A stretch of DNA of 64,000 nucleotides from NCBI GenBank assembly GCA_016926185.1, contig JAFGPD010000042.1, forward strand, positions 1,985 through 65,984. Direction: 5' to 3'. The stretch is from Candidatus Woesebacteria bacterium (lineage in GTDB: Bacteria; Patescibacteriota; Microgenomatia; UBA8517). The translations under genes were made by a program, and so were the position numbers. Shown one piece after another: positions 1 through 7,918 of the stretch (position 1 is its first letter; every line of letters begins with the position of its first letter). Under the pieces are notes generated by a model. That model was given only the letters and a program-made list of their open reading frames with translations, was not told the origin of the DNA and ran no database searches.

Positions 1-10
1 ACACGAAACT

Positions 11-1303
11 GTGGAGAACTGGGAGTTTAATCAGCGTTACAACGGAAGATTCACCCAACTAATATCAGAAGGTCTTGATCTTCCAGTTATTGTGACAGTT
101 GCCGGTTTTGATTCACAGGCTGGTGAAAGTGATCATGGTGTCGGTTGGCAGGGAACAATTGAACCTATGGATTATGTTGATATGCTATTAGAATACCAAT
201 CTGCCGCAAAAGCTGCAGGCGCTGTTGGAATATCAGTATTTCAGCTCGGATTGAGTGGAGAATGGGAAAGCTATGATATTACTCCCCTTCTTGATCTGGC
301 TGTTGATTGTGAAAGCACTAGCCAGATCCCTGTTGGCTCTTATTATTCAAGATATTTGGATGTAACAAAAACTGCAATATCTACAGATGGCAGTTTCAGT
401 CCTTTTGAGAATTCTGATCTTAGAACAACTGAAAACGGTCTTATTATCCAATACACGATCACTCTCAGAGCGCGTGATGATGTTATATCGGCAATAAGGT
501 TCTCTGATTCCTGTTCTGTTATACAAGAGTCAGGAACCGGATCATGTCCAGAATCAGACCCTGTAGTCAATAATCCCGACCCTCAAATGACTTTAACTCC
601 AGGTGATGACCCTTATCAATTCACTTATACAAGAACTTATACTGATAGTGCACAGTACCGTGATGCATGGGTTGGTGATATTGTCAGAGTAACATTCAAT
701 ACCCCTGACAGAAATAATCAAGATGCATTCGCAAGTGCATCTATAAGGGTAGGAGACCCGCCAAACTTCTGCCCAAACGGCTGGCCTGTAGCTAATTCAG
801 GACCAAGTTATCATTTAAATCAAGGAGCATATGGTACATTTAGCCATGACAATCTTGAAGCTATAGACTTGGGTATTCCTTTAGGGACACCTATTTACGC
901 CACTCATCGCGGTTTGGTTGAAACTGGTGATAACGGGAATAGTGGTTATGGAAGATATGTTACTATTACTTCCACATGCGAAGGAAGAGAAGTCAGAAGC
1001 ATTTATGGACATCTTGACTCAATTGTTGTTCCAGCAGGAACTATAATTGAACAAGGAACGAGAATAGGACTGTCAGGACATACTGGTTATTCTACTGGAC
1101 CACATCTTCATTATGAATTCAGGTATCGCAATGGGGGTTCATGGATGCCCGCAGGAGGACGCGGAAACACTTGGATAAATAACCCTCCTTATATGATGCC
1201 TGCAGTACCACCAAGCTCGCTAGGAACACCATTTTTTGTTACCAAACCATTACCTAGAGAGTGTACATCATTCACAGGTTGCGGTTCTGTTTCTGTTCCA
1301 TAA
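11..1303 (+). CDS. M23 family metallopeptidase-domain protein, probably 5'-truncated by the window edge
   Basis: C-terminal M23 motifs HxxxxAIDL, GYGRYV, YGHL and STGPHLHYE. The frame is open back to the window start, so the true start is probably upstream. Confidence 0.8.
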   Translation: MENWEFNQRYNGRFTQLISEGLDLPVIVTVAGFDSQAGESDHGVGWQGTIEPMDYVDMLLEYQSAAKAAGAVGISVFQLGLSGEWESYDITPLLDLAVDCESTSQIPVGSYYSRYLDVTKTAISTDGSFSPFENSDLRTTENGLIIQYTITLRARDDVISAIRFSDSCSVIQESGTGSCPESDPVVNNPDPQMTLTPGDDPYQFTYTRTYTDSAQYRDAWVGDIVRVTFNTPDRNNQDAFASASIRVGDPPNFCPNGWPVANSGPSYHLNQGAYGTFSHDNLEAIDLGIPLGTPIYATHRGLVETGDNGNSGYGRYVTITSTCEGREVRSIYGHLDSIVVPAGTIIEQGTRIGLSGHTGYSTGPHLHYEFRYRNGGSWMPAGGRGNTWINNPPYMMPAVPPSSLGTPFFVTKPLPRECTSFTGCGSVSVP

Positions 1304-1315
1304 TATAATATAGCC

Positions 1316-2323
1316 ATGGATAAAAGAAAAAAAATAATAATATCAATACTACTCTTAATGCTGCTTTTTGCTCCTATTGTTTTTTATTTACTAACCAGTA
1401 AAAAAACACCACAAATAACCCCTGAAAGACAAAAGCCAATTTCAATTCCAACCATTCCCGATAATATAAATCAACAAAGCTATAAGATCAATTTTAAAGT
1501 AAAAGAAGAGTCTTTTGATTTTCCAGAAAAGATCAATATTTTTACTTACGAACCACAAAAAATTGATGAACAAGAACTCGGTGATATCGCACAAAATCTG
1601 TCATTTACCGGAGAACCAATAATAGAAGACGATTATTACGATGGCAAAATTATTCTATATGTAAATGACCAAACTTACTTAACCTCCTCTGTCGAAATTG
1701 GTGAAATAAGGTATGGTCTACAAAATTTTCCAACTATCAATACCAAAATAGATGATCAGGAAATTGTACAAAACGCAATTGATTTCCTGCAGTCAAATAA
1801 TTTCACTAATTCTGAAGAAAATATTATTACAAGCATTAATTATTATAAAATTGCACCAACTAGGGTAGATTTTGAAGCTGCTAATAGCGAGAATGCCGAT
1901 ATAATTCAAGTTAATTTCACTCCTAACATTTCCGAATACCCAATTATTGATCTTAATCCTGAAAAAACTATGACATATGTCCAGGTAATGGCGGACGGAA
2001 AAATATATAGTGCAAACACCACACGACTGGATTCTATTAAAACATCTCAAGAAGTAAGTCTTAAAAACTTCCAAGAAGTAAAGAAAAGTATAAATGATTC
2101 TACAATAATATCCATAAATAATGGGATTACATATCTTGAATCAATCCCAGAAAATACTATACAAAGTATAGAAATTGACAAGATAGATCTCGCATATTTT
2201 CAAGCCTCACAAAAAGAAAGTATCATCCAGCCAATATTTTTACTTGAAGGGACTGTTACAATATCCACTAGACAAGATCCTTTACCAATAGTTCTATATC
2301 TTCCTGCTATCTCTGGAAATTAA
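1316..2323 (+). CDS. Hypothetical membrane-anchored extracellular protein
   Basis: N-terminal basic stretch plus one TM helix; TATAAT 6 nt upstream of the ATG; no recognised family. Confidence 0.65.
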   Translation: MDKRKKIIISILLLMLLFAPIVFYLLTSKKTPQITPERQKPISIPTIPDNINQQSYKINFKVKEESFDFPEKINIFTYEPQKIDEQELGDIAQNLSFTGEPIIEDDYYDGKIILYVNDQTYLTSSVEIGEIRYGLQNFPTINTKIDDQEIVQNAIDFLQSNNFTNSEENIITSINYYKIAPTRVDFEAANSENADIIQVNFTPNISEYPIIDLNPEKTMTYVQVMADGKIYSANTTRLDSIKTSQEVSLKNFQEVKKSINDSTIISINNGITYLESIPENTIQSIEIDKIDLAYFQASQKESIIQPIFLLEGTVTISTRQDPLPIVLYLPAISGN

Positions 2324-3435
2324 GACGTAAGTCTTACAGGCATGATCAAATGCAAGAAGTCCTTATCTTCCGGGTCCCTGAAAACTCCCGGTGAGTTAAC
2401 TTCATCAAATTCAATATCCACACTCTCCCCTTCTACACTTCCCAGAAAATCCTCAATGAACTTATAATTAAATGCAATTGTAAAACCATCTTTGCCAATA
2501 TCACCTTTCACTTTTGCATCAATCTTCGTTTTCTGACTTCCGCTTTTACTGCTTTCAGAGGTGACAGTCAAACCATCTTTCTCTACAAGAAGTTTTATTG
2601 TGTTGGCACTGTCCCGGGCAAACACTCCTGCTAATCTCATAGCCTGGGAAAGATCAGACTTTGCTAAATTAATTTTGATTTTATTTTCTTTGGGAATGAT
2701 CTTTTCATAATCCGGAAAATTGCCTTCAATAATTCGTGAAGCCAATACTACATCCTCTATCCCGAAAACGACCTGACTATCTTTTTTGATGAAATTCAAA
2801 CCAATATTTTCTTCGTCAGAGCTTATTCTAGTTATTTCTACCAGAGCAGTCTTAGGCAAAATCAGGCTTTGCTGATCTGATGTGTTATCCGCAATTATTG
2901 ACTTAGTTGACAATCTAAATCCATCCGTTGCAACAAAAGTCAGTTTCTTTTTATCAAACTTCACTAAAACACCAGTCAAAACAGGCCTTGTCTCATCATT
3001 AGAAGCAGCATAAAGGACTTTTTGGAGAGTGTTTATCAAAGTCTCTCTGTCCAAACTTGTCATATTTTTTCCTACTGTCTGCACAACAGCAGGAAAATCT
3101 GATGAATTCATTGCAGATATATTTGAACTAAAATGATCAGAGTTTATTTTGACCCTTTCTTTTTTACTTTCCAGCTCTATTGTTGATGGTGAAAGATTGA
3201 CAACAAGGTCACTTAATGTCTTTGCAGGTATTGTGATCTCTCCTTCTTCCGAAACATCCGCTCCTATTGAAACAGATACTGAAAGCTCCAAATTGGTTGC
3301 GGAAAGCAGCAAACTTTCCTTTTCCGCTTTAAGTAGAATATTGCCCAAAACCGGAAGCTGTGCTTTTGAACTGGCAAAACGTGAAGTAAGAGAAACAGCC
3401 TGTTTTAAGTTTTCCTGAAGTACTTTTAATTTCAT
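2320..3435 (-). CDS. dnaN: DNA polymerase III beta sliding clamp
   Basis: Motifs LSATNLE, ETRPVLTGV, VATDGFRL, IEGNFPDY and LIMPVR. Start placed at the ATG at 3435 (MKLKVLQ) rather than the ORF-track start at 3471. Confidence 0.97.
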   Translation of the reverse strand: MKLKVLQENLKQAVSLTSRFASSKAQLPVLGNILLKAEKESLLLSATNLELSVSVSIGADVSEEGEITIPAKTLSDLVVNLSPSTIELESKKERVKINSDHFSSNISAMNSSDFPAVVQTVGKNMTSLDRETLINTLQKVLYAASNDETRPVLTGVLVKFDKKKLTFVATDGFRLSTKSIIADNTSDQQSLILPKTALVEITRISSDEENIGLNFIKKDSQVVFGIEDVVLASRIIEGNFPDYEKIIPKENKIKINLAKSDLSQAMRLAGVFARDSANTIKLLVEKDGLTVTSESSKSGSQKTKIDAKVKGDIGKDGFTIAFNYKFIEDFLGSVEGESVDIEFDEVNSPGVFRDPEDKDFLHLIMPVRLTS

Positions 3436-3479
3436 TTTCCTCTCAAGTATATCAGATTCTATCACAAACAAATCAATTG

Positions 3480-3691
3480 TTTAAAATCTATTTGTCTGAA
3501 TGGTTTTTAAAATCTTTGAAATTAGTATATTAAATATAGTAGTACTAGTAGTAGGCAATGTTGATAAGTGGAAAACCGAGCGTAAGTGAGCTTAAATTAA
3601 AATGTTAATAAGCAAGTATAGTAATTGTGAATAAAAATGTGGATAACTAAGCAAAAATTGTTGATAAGTGCGTAAGTGGGCAATTTTATCC
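3480..3691. other. Replication origin oriC (dnaA-dnaN intergenic)
   Basis: DnaA boxes TGTGGATAA 3638-3646 and TGTGAATAA 3626-3634; near-matches TGTTGATAA 3559-3567 and 3659-3667, TGTTAATAA 3603-3611; TAG trio run 3537-3554; AT-rich flank. Confidence 0.88.
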
Positions 3692-5065
3692 TCAAAGCAT
3701 ATTTTTTATCCCCCGAATATCCTGACGTATGTTGATATCCTCTGAAGCTATGGTAGTGATCTTGTCCACAGCATGCATTACTGTTGTATGGTCTCTTCCT
3801 CCAACTATTCTGCCTACTTCCTGCAGGGGTAGTGACAACTCAGTTCTTAAAAGATACATCAGAATTTGTCTGGGTCTTGCCACTGGTCTTGAGCGGGATG
3901 TGCCTAACAGTTTTCTTTTACCCAATGAAAAGTATTTTGATACAGCATCAACAAGATCATTGGGATTTGATTTAATAGTGTGACCATTACCATCGGAATT
4001 TTTTCCCATAAGATTCTCTATCAAGCCTTTATCAATGGCTTTATTTTTCAGCTTCGCCTCAGACATAAGCCTTGTCAGAAAGCCCTCGATTTTTCTGGCT
4101 GAATCGACGCTGCCAGCTATTAGTTGAACATAGTCCATATCAATTTCCAGTCCCCTTTCTTGTGATTTTATCTGTACTATTGCGCATCTTAGCTCAAAGT
4201 CTGGCGGTGCAATGTCAACGATAAGGCCTGCTTCGAACCTGCTTCTTAATCTTTCTTCAAGTTTTGATATTTCTGAAGGAGGTCTGTCGCTTGTCATAAT
4301 TATTTGGCTTCCACTGCCAACAAGGGCATTGAATGTATGAAAAAACTCCTCCTGTACAGCATCTTTTCCAGCAATGAATTGGATGTCATCTATCAGAAGA
4401 GCATCAAGCATTCTATATTTGTCACGGAAAAGTTTTGTAGATTTATTTCTTATGCCTTCGACAATGTCATTGGTAAATTCCTCACCTGTGCAGCAAAGAA
4501 TACTTGCCCCCTCTTTCGATTTGAGAATAGATCTTCCTACTGCACTCATAAGATGTGTTTTACCCACTCCTACCCCGCCCCAGATGAACATTGGGTTATA
4601 AGCGGTGCCGGGATTTTTTTTGACAGCTTCTGCTGCTGCCCAAGCCATTTGATTTGATGAGCTGACTGCAAAATTTTTAAATGTAAAACCAGGTCTAATT
4701 CTTGATTTGGCAAGTTTCTCTTTAAACTCTTCTTTGTTTATTTTTTTAGCACTAAACAAAGGTGAAGGATCCGACAATTTTTGGGATACTTTTTGGGGAA
4801 TTTGCTTGATAGAGAAGATGATGTCTGTGGGTTTTCCTAGGACTTTGCTTAGAACGTCTTGAATAAGTCCAAAGTATCTTGATTCGATTGTCGATTTTAC
4901 GAAACTTGAATTACAACCGATATTGGCGATATATCTTTTGTCAGTTTCTTTCAATTCGAAAAGATGTGTTTGAACGAACCATGTTGAAAATATCGCAGGA
5001 GAAACAGAAACCTTGATGCTTTTCAGGCTTTTTTTCCAAATATCTTTTTTATCCTCGGAAGACAT
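3692..5065 (-). CDS. dnaA: Chromosomal replication initiator DnaA
   Basis: Motifs YNPMFIWGGVGVGKTHL, LLIDDIQF, QEEFFHTFN, RLRSRF and GGRDHTTVMHA. Start placed at the ATG at 5065 (MSSEDKKDIW). Confidence 0.97.
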   Translation of the reverse strand: MSSEDKKDIWKKSLKSIKVSVSPAIFSTWFVQTHLFELKETDKRYIANIGCNSSFVKSTIESRYFGLIQDVLSKVLGKPTDIIFSIKQIPQKVSQKLSDPSPLFSAKKINKEEFKEKLAKSRIRPGFTFKNFAVSSSNQMAWAAAEAVKKNPGTAYNPMFIWGGVGVGKTHLMSAVGRSILKSKEGASILCCTGEEFTNDIVEGIRNKSTKLFRDKYRMLDALLIDDIQFIAGKDAVQEEFFHTFNALVGSGSQIIMTSDRPPSEISKLEERLRSRFEAGLIVDIAPPDFELRCAIVQIKSQERGLEIDMDYVQLIAGSVDSARKIEGFLTRLMSEAKLKNKAIDKGLIENLMGKNSDGNGHTIKSNPNDLVDAVSKYFSLGKRKLLGTSRSRPVARPRQILMYLLRTELSLPLQEVGRIVGGRDHTTVMHAVDKITTIASEDINIRQDIRGIKNML

Positions 5066-5109
5066 AGAATATATACAATTAAAAAAACAATGGACAGAAG
5101 AACACCTGC

Positions 5110-5139
5110 ATATTAAGAAAGTTATCCACAATAAGTCAA
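5110..5139 (-). promoter_or_regulatory. dnaA promoter with a perfect DnaA box in its spacer (autoregulation)
   Basis: Minus strand TTGACT (5134-5139), 18 bp, TAATAT (5110-5115); TTATCCACA at 5122-5130. Confidence 0.65.
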
Positions 5140-5270
5140 CCCCAAAAAACAACGAACATCTCGTCTTGTGATATTTTAGATTGAAAATATAATTGTTATC
5201 AGTTAAACTACTCACCTAGGAAGTGATAAATGAACTCTGTCTCCAACGGCAGTTGTGATAAAATACTTAT

Positions 5271-5411
5271 ATGTCAACGAAAAGAACATATCAACCAAGT
5301 AAAAGAAAAAGAAAAAGAAAACACGGTTTTAGGAAAAGGAATGAAACTAAAGATGGTAAAAAAGTGTTGAAAAGAAGAAGACAAAAAGGTCGAAAAAAGA
5401 CCAATGTGTAA
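5271..5411 (+). CDS. rpmH: 50S ribosomal protein L34 (absent from the ORF track, 46 aa)
   Basis: Hand translation [46 protein letters not shown]; canonical position upstream of rnpA. Confidence 0.97.
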   Translation: MSTKRTYQPSKRKRKRKHGFRKRNETKDGKKVLKRRRQKGRKKTNV

Positions 5412-5423
5412 ACGTATTAAAAG

Positions 5424-5774
5424 ATGCTTGCCGCAAAATTTAGAATAAAAGACTCCGAGCTTATTCAGAAAGTGAAAAAACAAGGCAAGTTGTTCCGGTC
5501 GGAAAATTTGGCTATTTCGTATCTAAAGGCGCAACAGGAAGAAAGCAATTTTGCTTTTATTATATCCAAAAGTATTTCCAAAAATGCCACTCAGAGAAAT
5601 AGGATAAAAAGGGTTTTAAGTGAGGCGGTTAGACAAAATCAAAGCTACATTAAAAAAGGTTATTATATGATCTTTTTACCAAAAGCTTCGATCATCAGAA
5701 AAGAAACGAGGGATATAATGAACGAAGTGATGAATGCTTTGAAAAAGGCTGATCTGGTCAAAAGAGCAGATTAA
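5424..5774 (+). CDS. rnpA: Ribonuclease P protein component
   Basis: RNR motif (IISKSISKNATQRNRIKR) and synteny with rpmH. Confidence 0.93.
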   Translation: MLAAKFRIKDSELIQKVKKQGKLFRSENLAISYLKAQQEESNFAFIISKSISKNATQRNRIKRVLSEAVRQNQSYIKKGYYMIFLPKASIIRKETRDIMNEVMNALKKADLVKRAD

Positions 5775-5775
5775 G

Positions 5776-6018
5776 ATGACAAGATTAATAAAACTTATTG
5801 TGATATTATTTCTAAGGTTATATAAATTAGTGATATCTAATTACTTGAGGACTATTTTGGGTAATGGATGTAGATATGACAAAAGCTGTAGCGAATTTGC
5901 AATAGAAGCTATAAGTGAAAAAGGTTTGGTAAAAGGAGTAAAGCTTTCATTAAAGAGGTTTTTCAGCTGTCAGCCTTTTTCAAATAGATATTATGCTAAT
6001 TTATCCGACATCAAATAG
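5776..6018 (+). CDS. yidD: Membrane protein insertion efficiency factor
   Basis: CRYxxSCS and RxxSCQPF motifs; lies between rnpA and yidC. Confidence 0.9.
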   Translation: MTRLIKLIVILFLRLYKLVISNYLRTILGNGCRYDKSCSEFAIEAISEKGLVKGVKLSLKRFFSCQPFSNRYYANLSDIK

Positions 6019-6029
6019 AAGATAAGAAT

Positions 6030-6884
6030 ATGTTCAAAATATTGTTTTCTCAACCCCTTGCCAACGGACTTGTGCTTTTTTACAAAGTGCTTGGTGAGAA
6101 TATGGGATTTGCCATCATTTTCTTCAGCTTGTTTTTAAGATTCATTCTTTATCCTTTGACAAAGCCTTACATGGACTCGATGAAGAAGATGAAAAAATAT
6201 ACACCTCAGCTTGAAAAGATAAAAAACAAATATAAAGATGATAAACTAAAACAGGCTCAGGCTCAGGCGGATTTTTATAAAGAGAAGGGAATAAAACCGG
6301 GTGCCGGTTGTTTGCCGTATCTTTTGCAAATAGTTATTCTGATAGCTTTTTTCAGAGTGTTCACGACAGCATTGTCTTCAAATGTCGATCCAACTTCTGC
6401 GTTTAACGAACTTTTATATGAACCTCTTAAGTTTTCTGATGGTGCAACTATCAATACTAAGTTTCTCTCAACAAGTTTTTACACAATTGATATTTCCAAA
6501 CCTGATGTTTTTAATATTTCATGGCTGCCATTCCCAATACCTGGACCACTTCTTATAATAACGGCATTGGTACAGATGATCTCGTCTAAAATAATGATGC
6601 CTTACGAAAAAACATCAGAGAAGGTTGCTGAAAAAACAGAGGGTGTAGGTGATGATTTTCAAACAGCAATGCAGAAATCAATGGTTTATACATACCCTTT
6701 TATAACCCTGGTTATTGGAGTTAGATTTCAATCAGGACTGGCATTATATTGGTTGGTATTTTCACTCTCGCAAGCATTTATTCAACTAAGGAATCAAGGG
6801 TTGGGAGGATTAGAGCCTTTTGCAAAGAGACTTGGTCTGGTAAAATCAGAATCCGAGGACAGAAAAAATAAAAGGAAAAAATGA
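6030..6884 (+). CDS. yidC: YidC/Oxa1 membrane protein insertase
   Basis: LRFILYPL, GCLPYLLQ and GLALYW motifs; synteny. Confidence 0.93.
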   Translation: MFKILFSQPLANGLVLFYKVLGENMGFAIIFFSLFLRFILYPLTKPYMDSMKKMKKYTPQLEKIKNKYKDDKLKQAQAQADFYKEKGIKPGAGCLPYLLQIVILIAFFRVFTTALSSNVDPTSAFNELLYEPLKFSDGATINTKFLSTSFYTIDISKPDVFNISWLPFPIPGPLLIITALVQMISSKIMMPYEKTSEKVAEKTEGVGDDFQTAMQKSMVYTYPFITLVIGVRFQSGLALYWLVFSLSQAFIQLRNQGLGGLEPFAKRLGLVKSESEDRKNKRKK

Positions 6885-7354
6885 GCAAATTAGAAGAAAA
6901 TAAAAACGTAGTGGAAGAAATATTTAAGGAACTATCAGGGAAGATAGGTCTTGAAGTGTCATACGAAGTTGTTGTTGATGAAGAAAACGAAGCAATAAAA
7001 ATTGAAATAGAAGCGGGAGATCAGGCAGGTCTTTTAATAGGTAACCGAGGAGAGACTTTATATTCACTGCAAACAGTTATTGGTATGATCGTGATGAACA
7101 AAATTGGAGAATGGGTGAGGATAATCATTAATGTTGATGATTGGCGTGACAGACAAGAGGAAAGGTTAGAAGGTTTAGCGACTCAAACTGCGGAAAGAGC
7201 ATTGGAAACTGGTGAGGAGCAGAGACTATATAATCTTAAAGCTTCTCAAAGAAGAATTATCCATATGGCACTCAAGGAAAATAAAAAAGTCGAAACAGAA
7301 TCAAGCGGTGAAGGCAGAGACAGGTATTTGGTTATCCGCCCCAAGAAAAAATAA
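6881..7354 (+). CDS. jag: Jag/KhpB-family KH + R3H RNA-binding protein, lacking the Jag-N domain
   Basis: KH motif LIGNRGETLYSLQ and R3H motif RRIIH; synteny. Confidence 0.88.
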   Translation: MSKLEENKNVVEEIFKELSGKIGLEVSYEVVVDEENEAIKIEIEAGDQAGLLIGNRGETLYSLQTVIGMIVMNKIGEWVRIIINVDDWRDRQEERLEGLATQTAERALETGEEQRLYNLKASQRRIIHMALKENKKVETESSGEGRDRYLVIRPKKK

Positions 7355-7361
7355 GCTCCAG

Positions 7362-7787
7362 ATGACAAAGCAGATATCAATATATAGTGACGGTGGTTCA
7401 AGAGGGAATCCAGGCCCTGCGGCGTTTGCGTTTGTTGTCATTAAAAATAGAGAAATGATACATAAAGTTTCAAGGTATTTAGGTAAGACAACCAATAACG
7501 TTGCTGAATATAAAGGTGCAAGAGAAGCAATGAGATGGATACAAAAAAATAAAGAGGAAGTTAAAGGATATGAGATCGATCTATATTTTGACTCGCAGCT
7601 TGTAGTGAAACAGCTGACAGGTGAATATAAAATAAAAGATAAGAAATTAATTCCTCTTGCAAGTGAAATTAAGAAGATGGAAAAAGATATTGACAATAAA
7701 ATTTTTTACCATTTTGTGAGGAGAGAAAAAAATAAACTTCCTGACGAACTTCTAAACGAAAAGCTTGACGCGGTGTTATCAAAGTGA
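7362..7787 (+). CDS. rnhA: Ribonuclease HI family protein
   Basis: Motifs SDGGSRGNPGPA, TNNVAEY, DSQLVVKQ and REKN. Start placed at the ATG at 7362. Confidence 0.9.
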   Translation: MTKQISIYSDGGSRGNPGPAAFAFVVIKNREMIHKVSRYLGKTTNNVAEYKGAREAMRWIQKNKEEVKGYEIDLYFDSQLVVKQLTGEYKIKDKKLIPLASEIKKMEKDIDNKIFYHFVRREKNKLPDELLNEKLDAVLSK

Positions 7788-7918
7788 TGAAAACTTCATT
7801 TCTTTCATGTAACCGAAATTTATTTTGATTCCTTCAGATTGGGAGAAAAAATACCCCGAAGGTGTGAAGAAAATATTTCAATTGAAATACGATTTTACAT
7901 GGACTAGCATTAGTTAAG

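Noticed and set aside
5066-5215. N-terminal extension of DnaA in the ORF track (507 aa)
   Set aside because: It overlaps the promoter and DnaA box, and the sequence is not DnaA-like; the ATG at 5065 fits better.
5274-5483. 69-aa minus-strand ORF
   Set aside because: Antisense shadow of rpmH and rnpA.
7212-7361. Long N-terminal extension of RNase HI, or a jag-rnhA frameshift fusion
   Set aside because: Both genes are complete separately, and a good ATG lies 7 nt after the jag stop.
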